A DNA stretch of 21,736 nucleotides from Nitrososphaerota archaeon (GCA_038845265.1 JAWBQR010000015.1:1-21736); one strand, 5' to 3'. Numbered from the stretch's first letter, positions 1 to 8,478 are shown. Program-made: numbers and translations. Notes: generated from the sequence alone by a model not told the origin.

Positions 1-1
1 C

Positions 2-658
2 GGTGAACCTACAGGATATCTGCCAGGTGGTGCATTTTTGTATACAAATTCTTCGACGATCAGTCTTGGCCTAGTCATCTTTTTAGACGCAGCCATTAGT
101 AGAATCGACCAACATGTTTATGAACTCCTTGAAGGACTAAGGCTCAGCCCAGTCATGATGAATATCATCGGTGATGGTACTTTACTTGAGTATGGTGCTC
201 ATCTTACACCTGAAGCCGGTCTAAGTCTTTGTCCAAATAAACTATATAGCGATGGATTACTAATTGCTGGTGATGCGGCGGGCCTACTTCTAAACCTAGG
301 ATATACAATAAGAGGCGTAGATTTCGCTGCTTACAGCGGTTATCTAGCAGCCAAAGCAGTAATTAAAGCTCATGAAAACGGTGACTATTCATCTATGACT
401 CTCTCCTACTATCAAAAACTGATAGAGGAAAGTTTTATCATGAAGGAGATGAAGAAACATAGTGATGTCTCAAAATTATTTGGATCAAATGAACTATTTA
501 GTCTCTATCCATCATTAGTGATTGATACTGCTAAAAGGTTGTATGAAATTGAGGAATATTCGCCAAAGTTAATGGAAGCTTTTAGAGAATCTATAAGGGG
601 AAAGAGTAGTATGATTTCTATTTTATTTAAGTTGTTAAAATTGGTGAGAACAATATGA
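2..658 (+). CDS. fixC: FixC/EtfC-type flavoprotein (ETF:quinone oxidoreductase), 5'-truncated by the window edge
   Basis: The frame is open from base 2 (GEPTGYLPGGAFLYTN...), so the TTG at 38 is internal. FixC motifs GGAFLYTN, LEYGAHLTPE and AGDAAG...TIRGVDFA are present. The stop overlaps the fixX start (ATGA, 655-658). Confidence 0.9.
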   Translation, partial: GEPTGYLPGGAFLYTNSSTISLGLVIFLDAAISRIDQHVYELLEGLRLSPVMMNIIGDGTLLEYGAHLTPEAGLSLCPNKLYSDGLLIAGDAAGLLLNLGYTIRGVDFAAYSGYLAAKAVIKAHENGDYSSMTLSYYQKLIEESFIMKEMKKHSDVSKLFGSNELFSLYPSLVIDTAKRLYEIEEYSPKLMEAFRESIRGKSSMISILFKLLKLVRTI

Positions 659-954
659 GTAGCCAAAAAATTGTAAAAAGGGTAAAAGTAGATGACGCGT
701 TAAATTTGAATGTATGGGATGTTGACTCTAAGCCCCATATAATAGTAGATTATGAGAAGTGTAAACGACTTTGTGATAAAAAGATATGCACGTATTTATG
801 TCCTGCTAAATGTTACATTCCTACAGAGAATGGAATACTATTTAGTTATGAAGGATGTTTAGAGTGCGGAACGTGTAGGATAGTCTGTCCACATGAGGCG
901 ATTAATTGGGATTATCCCCTGAGTGGTAGGGGAGTGCAGTATAGATTTGGGTGA
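655..954 (+). CDS. fixX: FixX/EtfX ferredoxin-like protein
   Basis: Cys motifs CDKKICTYLCPAKCY and CLECGTCRIVCP, the typical C-terminus WDYPLSGRGVQYRFG, a GGTGAG SD at 643-648, and ATGA coupling to fixC. Confidence 0.92.
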   Translation: MSSQKIVKRVKVDDALNLNVWDVDSKPHIIVDYEKCKRLCDKKICTYLCPAKCYIPTENGILFSYEGCLECGTCRIVCPHEAINWDYPLSGRGVQYRFG

Positions 955-961
955 ATCAAGA

Positions 962-1765
962 ATGGGACTAAACATTATTGTATCTGTTAAATGGGTTCCA
1001 AATACGCAGATAGTAAATATTGATCCCGTGACTGGAACATTAATTAGAGAAGGGATACCCAGCATAGTTAATCCGCACGATCTGAATGCAGTCGAGTTGG
1101 CTCTGAAGTTAAAAGAGAGATATGGGGGGAAAGTCACTGCGTTAAGCATGGCGCCACCAACAGCAAAGACTGGCTTAGAGTTTGTCCTCGGAATGGGAGT
1201 TGACAGAGCAATACTTATCAGCGATAGATTTTTTGCAGGGGCAGATACATTAGCAACTGCATATACCTTAGCCAAAGCGATAGAGAAGCTCAATCCATTC
1301 GATGTATTAATATTGGGTCAAGAAACCATAGACAGCTCAACTGCGCACATCGGTGCGCAGATAGCATCTTCGTTGAGAATTCCATATCTTTACTACGTGA
1401 TTGATGCCGAGTATATAGATGGATTCATAAGGGCAAAGCGACGGCTTGAGAAAAAAGTCGAGATATATGACCTCCCAATACCATGCTTGCTAGTTACAGC
1501 CATGAAAAGTAACGATCCTAGGCCAGTAAAACTTTCACTAAAGCTTAGAGCTAAACTAGAAAACTTAATAGAGACATGGACGAATAACGAATTAAGGCTA
1601 AACACTGATTGTATTGGGCTCAAAGGCTCACCGACAAGAGTAATGAAATGTATTCCCACTCCGTCGATTCCAAGAAAAAAGCAAATATTCCAAGGAAATG
1701 ACCCTAAAGAGGCTGTGAAATGGCTGCTTGATAGATTAAATGAGGAGGGGGTAAAATTAATATGA
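962..1765 (+). CDS. fixA: Electron transfer flavoprotein beta subunit (FixA/EtfB)
   Basis: Motifs VKWVP, NPHDLNAVELAL, SMAPP, DRFFAGADTLATA and GLKGSPTRV. Start moved from 923 to ATG 962 because GGTGA (950-954) lies 7 nt upstream and the family-like sequence begins at MGLNIIVSVK. Confidence 0.93.
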   Translation: MGLNIIVSVKWVPNTQIVNIDPVTGTLIREGIPSIVNPHDLNAVELALKLKERYGGKVTALSMAPPTAKTGLEFVLGMGVDRAILISDRFFAGADTLATAYTLAKAIEKLNPFDVLILGQETIDSSTAHIGAQIASSLRIPYLYYVIDAEYIDGFIRAKRRLEKKVEIYDLPIPCLLVTAMKSNDPRPVKLSLKLRAKLENLIETWTNNELRLNTDCIGLKGSPTRVMKCIPTPSIPRKKQIFQGNDPKEAVKWLLDRLNEEGVKLI

Positions 1766-2805
1766 GTTCCCAAACAGGTTGCTCAGAGTGGAAGCCTATT
1801 AATAAGAATGAATGGAGAGGCGTTTGGGTATTCATAGAGACATTTGAAGACGAAGTAAATGAATCATCACTTCAACTTCTTAGTCCAGGTAAGATTATTG
1901 CAGAAAAACTTCAAACGAAATTATGTGGTGTTATATTAGGACATAATGTTAAAAGATTCTTAATGGAGCCGATATATTATGGTGCTGATAAAGTAATTTA
2001 TGTTGATGATAAAAAACTAGCTAGCTATTATCCTGATGTTTATGCTGAGACTTTAGCAAAATTGATACTGAAACATAAGCCCGAAGTTTTGCTGGCAGCT
2101 GGGACTCTAAGAGGAAGAGAAATGATTCCTTACGTGGCGAATATTCTAAAGTGCGGGATAACTGCAGATTGTACAGATTTTGATGTAGATACTTCGTCAA
2201 GGGATTTAATTATGATCAGACCACCATACGGCGCAACGCTTCTTGCATATATCAAATCTCCTGAAAGAAGACCACAGATTTCAACTGTGCGTCCAAATGT
2301 CTTCAAGCTGCCAAAAAGAGACGAGTCAAGAAATGGAGATGTGGTCGAGGAAAGGGTAGAGATTCCCGATCCGGTGGCGAAGTTAGTAAGTAGTGAGGAG
2401 ATTAGAACTGAGGACATTCCAATAGAGAAGGCAGATGTCATAGTTTCAGGCGGTAGAGGAATTGGCTCGCCTGATGGCTTTAAGCTACTTGAAAACCTAG
2501 CCATGATGCTGAACGGCGTTGTGGCAGGGTCTAGGAAAGCCGTCGATGCTGGATGGATTCCTCATGAGAGACAAGTAGGACAGACTGGCAAATCAGTAAA
2601 GGCATCACTATACCTAGCTATTGGCATCTCCGGGGCCGCACAACACCTTTTCGGAATAAGAGAGGCAGTCACTGTAGTGGCTATAAATAATGACCCTGAG
2701 GCACCAATATTTGAAAACTCAGACTATGGAATAGTCGGAGACTACAGAGTAATAGTACCTGCATTAATTGAAGAAATCAAAAACAGAAGAAGTATCCATA
2801 AATAA
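1762..2805 (+). CDS. fixB: Electron transfer flavoprotein alpha subunit (FixB/EtfA)
   Basis: Motifs GVWVFIE, GITADCT, TVRP, VSGGRG, RQVGQTGKSV, GISGAAQH and AINNDPEAPIF; ATGA overlap with fixA. Confidence 0.95.
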   Translation: MSSQTGCSEWKPINKNEWRGVWVFIETFEDEVNESSLQLLSPGKIIAEKLQTKLCGVILGHNVKRFLMEPIYYGADKVIYVDDKKLASYYPDVYAETLAKLILKHKPEVLLAAGTLRGREMIPYVANILKCGITADCTDFDVDTSSRDLIMIRPPYGATLLAYIKSPERRPQISTVRPNVFKLPKRDESRNGDVVEERVEIPDPVAKLVSSEEIRTEDIPIEKADVIVSGGRGIGSPDGFKLLENLAMMLNGVVAGSRKAVDAGWIPHERQVGQTGKSVKASLYLAIGISGAAQHLFGIREAVTVVAINNDPEAPIFENSDYGIVGDYRVIVPALIEEIKNRRSIHK

Positions 2806-2907
2806 TGTACTGATTTGATGACCATACTTACTATTAAAATACCGGATATGAATAATATTATTATTTGGGGCAAGAATTAATTAGATGAGATAAATCGTGA
2901 ATCAGCT

Positions 2908-3924
2908 TTGAGGGCTGTATTAATAGGACAAACTGGTAAGCCGGAGCTAGTGGAAGTCCCTTTGCCAATTGTTGGAAGAGGTGAAGTTGTGATTAAAATG
3001 ATTGCATGTGGAATCTGTGGCACAGATATTGAGAAGATTAAGGGGCACTATAAGGGCTCAATGCCAGTGATTGGTCATGAAGCTGTTGGAAGCGTAGAGG
3101 AGGTTGGAGATGATGTGTCAGGGTTTAGGAAAGGAATCATAGTTGTGCCTCATCACCACGTCGAGTGTGGAAAGTGTTACTACTGCATTCACGGAAGCGA
3201 GACAATGTGTCCAGAATACAGAAAATATAACTTTATTCCCGGAGGATTTGCTGAGTTTTTCAAGCTTCCAGCTTGGATTGTAAGTAATGGGGGAATACAT
3301 GTTCCTCCTAGAAATATAAATCCAGAAGAAGCTACCCTCACTGAGCCACTAGCTTGCTGTATAAGGGCTCTAAAGAGGGTGGGACTGAAGCGGGGAATAA
3401 ATGCCTTAATATTAGGATTAGGCCCCATCGGCTTATTATTCATAAAACTGCTTAGGTATTATGAAGCGGAATCAGTAATAGGGTATGATTTGACGGAATA
3501 CAGGCTGAAGATGGCTGAAAAGGCGGGCGCAAAAGTGGTACATAGTGATAACGTGGCTACCGAGTTGCCATACATTGTTGATAGAAGAGGAGTTGACTTA
3601 ACTATTTTGGCGACCGGCAGTATGAAGGGTTTAGCGACGGCCCTCGACTGTACGAGGCCAGGAGGAATCGTTTGCTTATTTGGACTACCTCCACATAATT
3701 CAAAACTAGATTACGATATCAGTAGACTAGTTAATTATGAATTATCAATTGTTACGAGTAATGCAGCGACTAAAAAAGAAATGGATGAAGCATTAAAGTT
3801 GATCTCTGAAGGTGTGATTAAAGTAGATGACATAATTACACATAGGCTGTCTCTTGATAGATTTGGTGAAGCTCTCGAAATATATGAATCAAGAGATTGT
3901 GGAAAAATTATTATTACGCCATAA
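2908..3924 (+). CDS. Zinc-dependent medium-chain dehydrogenase (sorbitol/L-iditol-2-dehydrogenase-like), probably NAD-linked
   Basis: Catalytic Zn motifs CGICGTD and GHE, structural Zn motif CGKCYYC-x7-C, EPLACC, and Rossmann motif GLGPIG followed by an acidic residue (GYD). TTG start. Confidence 0.92.
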   Translation: MRAVLIGQTGKPELVEVPLPIVGRGEVVIKMIACGICGTDIEKIKGHYKGSMPVIGHEAVGSVEEVGDDVSGFRKGIIVVPHHHVECGKCYYCIHGSETMCPEYRKYNFIPGGFAEFFKLPAWIVSNGGIHVPPRNINPEEATLTEPLACCIRALKRVGLKRGINALILGLGPIGLLFIKLLRYYEAESVIGYDLTEYRLKMAEKAGAKVVHSDNVATELPYIVDRRGVDLTILATGSMKGLATALDCTRPGGIVCLFGLPPHNSKLDYDISRLVNYELSIVTSNAATKKEMDEALKLISEGVIKVDDIITHRLSLDRFGEALEIYESRDCGKIIITP

Positions 3925-3934
3925 AAAGAAAAAA
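3922..3934 (-). terminator. Oligo-T terminator candidate for lsrF
   Basis: The minus strand reads TTTTTTCTTTTTA immediately after the lsrF stop, in the gap between two convergent genes. Confidence 0.5.
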
Positions 3935-4726
3935 TCATGCAGAAGTCTTTATTGTTAGTTCTTCTGCTGCCTCTTCAGGAGTAGCATTTTCATGGATGAT
4001 TCTCCTAATTGCTTTTATCATTCCTACTGGATTCTTTGCTTGGAAGATATTCCGGCCCATATCTACTCCTATGGCGCCTTCTTGAATCGCATTGTAAACC
4101 ATCTTTAAGACGTCCATATCACTCTCTAGTTTTGGTCCGCCGGCTATTACTAACGGCACCGGACAAGTATCAGCGACCCTATTGAAGTTTTCGCAGTAGT
4201 ATGTTTTGACAAAATGTGCTCCTAACTCTGCTGCAATTCGGCAAGCTAATGATAAGTATCTAGCATCTCTCTTCTCAAGCTCCCTACCGACGGCAGTTAC
4301 TGCCAAAACAGGCATACCGTACCTCTCTCCTTCATCAACAAGTCTTGCTAGTGAAGTAAGTGTCTGATGTTCAAACTGCGTACCGACAAATATTGAGAAT
4401 GATACTGCTGAAGCGTTAAGCCTGAGTGCTTCTTCAATAGAGGTTATTATCTCCTCATCACCTAGCGCGGGCCCTGCTATGCTTTCACCTCCAGAAACAC
4501 GCAGCACCACGGCTACATCAATTGAAGGATCGAAACAGTTTCTAAGAATGCCTCTAGTTGGCATAATGGCGTCGCAGTATGGTAATAGCGGCGTTATGCT
4601 CCGCCGCGGATCTTCTAAGCCAGAAATAGGGCCGAGGAAGTATCCGTGATCTATGGCCAGCATAACCGTCCTTCCGTCATAAGGCTTAATTATTTTAGAC
4701 AATCGATTCTTTAATCCCCAGCTCAT
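3935..4726 (-). CDS. lsrF: LsrF-family 3-hydroxy-5-phosphonooxypentane-2,4-dione thiolase (DhnA/class I aldolase fold)
   Basis: The N-terminus WGLKNRL...GRTVMLAIDHGYFLGP and the motifs TRGILR, LAVTAVG, RDARYLSLACRIAAELGA, VKTYY (catalytic Lys), IAGGPK and GVDMGRNIFQ match the LsrF subfamily rather than generic DhnA aldolases. Confidence 0.88.
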   Translation of the reverse strand: MSWGLKNRLSKIIKPYDGRTVMLAIDHGYFLGPISGLEDPRRSITPLLPYCDAIMPTRGILRNCFDPSIDVAVVLRVSGGESIAGPALGDEEIITSIEEALRLNASAVSFSIFVGTQFEHQTLTSLARLVDEGERYGMPVLAVTAVGRELEKRDARYLSLACRIAAELGAHFVKTYYCENFNRVADTCPVPLVIAGGPKLESDMDVLKMVYNAIQEGAIGVDMGRNIFQAKNPVGMIKAIRRIIHENATPEEAAEELTIKTSA

Positions 4727-4750
4727 CTCAATTACTATGAAATGTGATTT

Positions 4751-4766
4751 AATATAAATTCTTTCC
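4751..4766 (-). promoter_or_regulatory. BRE + TATA box for lsrF, probably giving a leaderless transcript
   Basis: The minus strand reads GGAAAGAA-TTTATATT, ending 24 nt before the ATG at 4726. No SD is visible. Confidence 0.6.
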
Positions 4767-5036
4767 TTAAAAAGTTCTTTCCCACTCTTTTATCTTGGGA
4801 GCCCTGAATCCCAGTCTACAATATGGGTCTTTGTTAGCTATCTCCTCAGCTTCTGAACGATCGCTAACAAGCAGAATGTACATTCCGCCGCTACCGTCAG
4901 TAAACCTTCCTCCAAGTAATAACTTTCCCCTCCTCTTTTGCTCCTCGAGATATGCTAAATGTTCAGCCCTATGCTTAGCTGCTTCGCTTTGATCGCCTAC
5001 TGGTTCAAGGATGACTACATAATAGTGTTGCTCCAT
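4767..5036 (-). CDS. YciI-family protein (dimeric alpha/beta barrel)
   Basis: Motifs HRAEHLAYL, GGRF..GSGGMYIL and DPY. The SD AAGGAG abuts ATG 5042 but is 6 nt from ATG 5036, which is therefore preferred. Confidence 0.85.
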   Translation of the reverse strand: MEQHYYVVILEPVGDQSEAAKHRAEHLAYLEEQKRRGKLLLGGRFTDGSGGMYILLVSDRSEAEEIANKDPYCRLGFRAPKIKEWERTF

Positions 5037-5054
5037 TCCCATCTCCTTATTTAG

Positions 5055-6212
5055 TTATTGATTATAGTATGATACAAATTTTTCGATCAATTCAATCGCC
5101 TGGATTAATAATTTAGGACTGACTGCGAATGTTATTCTAAAATGCCCTTCTCCCCCACTCCCGAAGGCTTTGCCAGGCATTACTACGACGCCCTGGCTCA
5201 TTAATAGTTTTTTACAAAACTCATAGGAGTTTACCCTTAAAGGAATTCGTGGAAATATGTAGAAGGCTCCCCTCGGCAGTGAGACACTAAAGCCTCTTCT
5301 CTTTAATAGGTCATATATTAGATCACGTCTCGTTCTATAAGAATTAATGTTAAGTTTAACAACCTCGGCAACATATGGGCTTGACAAAGCATGCAGTACT
5401 GCATACTGCGCTGTGCTCGGTGGACAAGCATTCATATATGTCTGAAGTTTTATAACGTACTTAATTAATGACTTATCTCCTATTGCAAAACCAAGCCGCC
5501 AACCAGTCATTCCATAAGTCTTGGAAAAGCTATGAACAGTAATTATTTTATCAAACTTCGTCCTAAATTTATTACAACTAGTGAACTCTCCATCATAAAC
5601 AAATTTCTCATACACTTCATCTGAGAGGATATAGATATCTTTTTCCGACGCTAAATCAACAAGCGAATTCAATAATTCTTCATCATATACGTACCCAGTG
5701 GGATTTGTGGGAGTATTTACAATAATTAGTCTCGTTCTTTGAGTTATACATTCATTGATTTCTTCAATCTTTGGTTTAAAGTCCTCTTCTAATACAGTGG
5801 GTATTTCTACTGGCTTACCACCCACAATGCGCACTATAGCTTCGTAACTGGGATAAGAAGGTGAAGGAATTATAACCTCATCGCCTGTCTTAACTAATGA
5901 AGCAATAATCATGAATAAAGCATTACTAGCACCAGGTGTCAATATTACATTTGAGTAATCAAGGTCAAAATTCCACCAGGAGCCATAATTTTCGGCTATT
6001 AATTCTCTTAGCTCTCTTAACCCAGCAGTAGGTGTATAACGATTCTTCCCTTCAGCTATGGCGCTACAAGCTATCTTTTTCACTTCCTCCGGTACGCCGA
6101 AGTCTGGCTCTCCTATCCCTAGATTGATTATTTCTCTTTTGTCAGATAAACTATCAAAAAACTCCTCTATCCAACTAGTCTCGATTGAATTAATGATCTC
6201 AGATATACGCAA
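5055..6212 (-). CDS. Class I/II PLP-dependent aminotransferase (aspartate/aromatic/methionine aminotransferase-like)
   Basis: Motifs INLGIGEPDF, YTPTAG..ELR, NTPTNPTG, SDEVY, SFSKTYGMTGWRLG (PLP lysine), GAFY and FRITF. TTG start. Confidence 0.93.
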   Translation of the reverse strand: MRISEIINSIETSWIEEFFDSLSDKREIINLGIGEPDFGVPEEVKKIACSAIAEGKNRYTPTAGLRELRELIAENYGSWWNFDLDYSNVILTPGASNALFMIIASLVKTGDEVIIPSPSYPSYEAIVRIVGGKPVEIPTVLEEDFKPKIEEINECITQRTRLIIVNTPTNPTGYVYDEELLNSLVDLASEKDIYILSDEVYEKFVYDGEFTSCNKFRTKFDKIITVHSFSKTYGMTGWRLGFAIGDKSLIKYVIKLQTYMNACPPSTAQYAVLHALSSPYVAEVVKLNINSYRTRRDLIYDLLKRRGFSVSLPRGAFYIFPRIPLRVNSYEFCKKLLMSQGVVVMPGKAFGSGGEGHFRITFAVSPKLLIQAIELIEKFVSYYNQ

Positions 6213-6238
6213 TCTTGCTCAATCGATTTGATCTTTAC

Positions 6239-6253
6239 TATAAAATTTACTTT
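6239..6253 (-). promoter_or_regulatory. TATA box candidate for the aminotransferase
   Basis: The minus strand reads AAAGTAAA-TTTTATA, ending 26 nt before the TTG at 6212. Confidence 0.5.
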
Positions 6254-6309
6254 TCTTTAAACATCGCCATACTTATTTAGAAGATTAATAATAAATAGAT
6301 CAAGGGAAT

Positions 6310-7137
6310 ATGCAGCTTCGAGTTGCGGCAATCCAGCCAACCGTGGTCGACGATCTGAATCAAAATATAGAGGGAGTCATGCGGCTAATACGAACTGCAA
6401 GCAACAATGGTGTAGATATAGCTGTGCTTCCTGAATTGTGGATACATTCAAGACCTATGGAAAAAATCAATCAACTAGCCAGTGCCTCTGATTTGATCGT
6501 TCGGAAACTGATGAGAATTGCGAAGATGTTTGAAGTAGCAATAATTGGTGGAGGCATCTATATCCATGAGGAGAGCCATGTAAAGATAGGCTGCCCAGTT
6601 ATAAACCAAGATGGAGAACTATTAGGGATTCAGCATAAACTTCACCTTATTAATGAGGAGCGCTCCTTAATCTCGCCGGGAGACAGGTTTGACATCTTCA
6701 AAATCATGGGAACAACTATGGGGATAGCAATCTGTCACGACATCGTTTATCCTGAATATATAAGAATTTTAGCCTTGAAAAGTGCAGAGATAATTCTTAA
6801 CCCATCTAGAATCATGACATCTGGAATAAAGCCATGGCACCTTTATCTGCAAGTTAGGAGCTTAGAAAACAGAGTACCTATAATTGCTCCCAATATATGG
6901 ATAAAGGGTCGATTCGGCGGTAACAGCATGATTGTAAAGCCGACAGAGAAAGCGAAGGGAATCTATGTACCATTATGTAAAGTATCAAGAAATGGTTCCT
7001 CAGCTTTAGTTGACGTTATTGAGACAGAAAATCTAAAAAAGGCTCGAATGGATAGACTATTAGCAAGGCGACCGGATATCTATAGTGACGTGATAAACGA
7101 GTTTTTAATAGAAGGTAAAGAAGATGCGAGAGGATAA
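6310..7137 (+). CDS. Carbon-nitrogen hydrolase (nitrilase superfamily; amidase/omega-amidase-like)
   Basis: Glu-Lys-Cys triad in LPELW, HKLHL and ICHDI; also VRSLEN, GNSMIV and a C-terminal RRPDIY. Confidence 0.9.
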   Translation: MQLRVAAIQPTVVDDLNQNIEGVMRLIRTASNNGVDIAVLPELWIHSRPMEKINQLASASDLIVRKLMRIAKMFEVAIIGGGIYIHEESHVKIGCPVINQDGELLGIQHKLHLINEERSLISPGDRFDIFKIMGTTMGIAICHDIVYPEYIRILALKSAEIILNPSRIMTSGIKPWHLYLQVRSLENRVPIIAPNIWIKGRFGGNSMIVKPTEKAKGIYVPLCKVSRNGSSALVDVIETENLKKARMDRLLARRPDIYSDVINEFLIEGKEDARG

Positions 7138-7930
7138 AATCTTAAAAAAACTAATGCGCAGAGAATATATAAGCGATGTTAGACATAGGTTTCTAGAAAA
7201 AGATAAGTCGTTAGACGAGTCGGCTTTTGAAGAAGTTTTCGATAAATTGACTTTATTTACAATTTATGAATTAATGAATAAAGGCATTATTGACGATTTT
7301 TATGGAGTTGTTAGTGCTGGGAAAGAATCTAGAATATATAATGCAAAATCGAAGGAAGGCGAAGAACTCGCTGTCAAGATCTACCTAGTGAACAACGCAG
7401 AGTTTCGCAGATCAAGAAACGTATATGTGTTAAATGATCCAAGATTTAGAAGGGTACCTAATCAATTAAGAGAATTTATTTATCTATGGGCAAGAAGAGA
7501 ATTCACTAATCTGCAGACTGCCTATAGGGTAGGGATTCCTGTTCCCAAACCGGTATTCGTTAGTCGAAATGTCTTAGTCATGGGCTTTTTAGGTAAGAAT
7601 GGCGAACGGTATCCCCTATTAAGAGAAATAGAAATTGAGCCTGAAAAGGCTTTAATTATTTACGAAAAAATAATAAAATATATCGACAAGCTATACAAAA
7701 ATGCCAAACTTATACATGGCGATCTGAGTGAATATAACATCGTGGTTGCTGACACAGATGAAATCTACTTCATAGACCTTTCTCAAGCTATTCATATCTC
7801 TCACCCGATGGCTAACGAATTTCTAAAAAGAGACATCAAAAATGTAAATAGATACTTCTTAAGCATCGGAATAGAACCAATTGACGACGAAACCCTAATA
7901 TCAATGATAATGGAAGAAAATCATGAATGA
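7124..7930 (+). CDS. rio1: RIO1-type atypical Ser/Thr kinase/ATPase (small ribosomal subunit maturation)
   Basis: Motifs EEVFD, VSAGKES, AVKIY, DPRF, WARREFTNL, IHGDLSEYN, FIDLSQA and HP.A.EFLKRD. Overlaps the nitrilase gene by 14 nt. Confidence 0.94.
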   Translation: MREDKILKKLMRREYISDVRHRFLEKDKSLDESAFEEVFDKLTLFTIYELMNKGIIDDFYGVVSAGKESRIYNAKSKEGEELAVKIYLVNNAEFRRSRNVYVLNDPRFRRVPNQLREFIYLWARREFTNLQTAYRVGIPVPKPVFVSRNVLVMGFLGKNGERYPLLREIEIEPEKALIIYEKIIKYIDKLYKNAKLIHGDLSEYNIVVADTDEIYFIDLSQAIHISHPMANEFLKRDIKNVNRYFLSIGIEPIDDETLISMIMEENHE

Positions 7931-8088
7931 TAAAAAGTAAAATAACAAATTATCATGAACATAAAAAATGTGTTGAAAAACTCATACTTTCACGCTAATA
8001 ACATACCAGTTAATTAGTTAAAATTTTGGTAATCCTCAAATGACTAGTTAACTTTAAATTAACGAGTATTTGTCCTATTGATGGTAAT

Positions 8089-8478
8089 ATGACCATTTGG
8101 CATAGTGATTTACACAAAAGAAAGAAGACAGGTGGAAAGAAGGGAATTCAGCGTAAGAAAAAAAGATATGAGAGGGGACGTGACCCAGTTCTAGTGACGA
8201 TAGGAGAAAGAGAAATCAAGATAAAGAGATGTCGTGGTGGGGGAGTGAAGATTAGTGTAAAGTCAGACAAGTTTGCTAATGTCTTTGACCCATCTTCGAA
8301 TAAATGTGTACGTACAGAGATAATCCGAGTTAAGTCTAACCCCGCAAATAAAGATTTTGAAAGAAGGGGCATAATTACTAAGGGTGCAATAATCGAAACT
8401 CCTATAGGAGATGCACGAGTAACTTCTAAACCCTCGATGGATGGCGTAATAAATGCAATATTGATAGCTAAAAAGTAA
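8089..8478 (+). CDS. rps8e: 30S ribosomal protein S8e
   Basis: Motifs RKKTGGK, KKRYERGR, R.RGG..K, NPAN..F.RRGIITKGAII and ARVTSKPSMDGVINA. A TTTAAAT TATA-like box lies at 8053-8059. Confidence 0.96.
   Translation: MTIWHSDLHKRKKTGGKKGIQRKKKRYERGRDPVLVTIGEREIKIKRCRGGGVKISVKSDKFANVFDPSSNKCVRTEIIRVKSNPANKDFERRGIITKGAIIETPIGDARVTSKPSMDGVINAILIAKK

Noticed and set aside
923-961. 13-residue N-terminal extension of fixA from GTG 923
   Set aside because: It overlaps fixX, whereas ATG 962 has a well-spaced GGTGA SD and matches the family start.
2785-2840. CTGA-TT-TGATGA (2810-2821), resembling the D'/C' core of a C/D box sRNA
   Set aside because: There is no proper upstream C box or downstream CTGA D box at guide distance, and I recognise no rRNA complementarity.
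3935-4726. AI-2 quorum-sensing (Lsr) system
   Set aside because: No lsrK, lsrG, lsrR, lsrABCD or luxS is in the window. The ABC importer here is CUT1-type, not the CUT2/ribose-type Lsr transporter.
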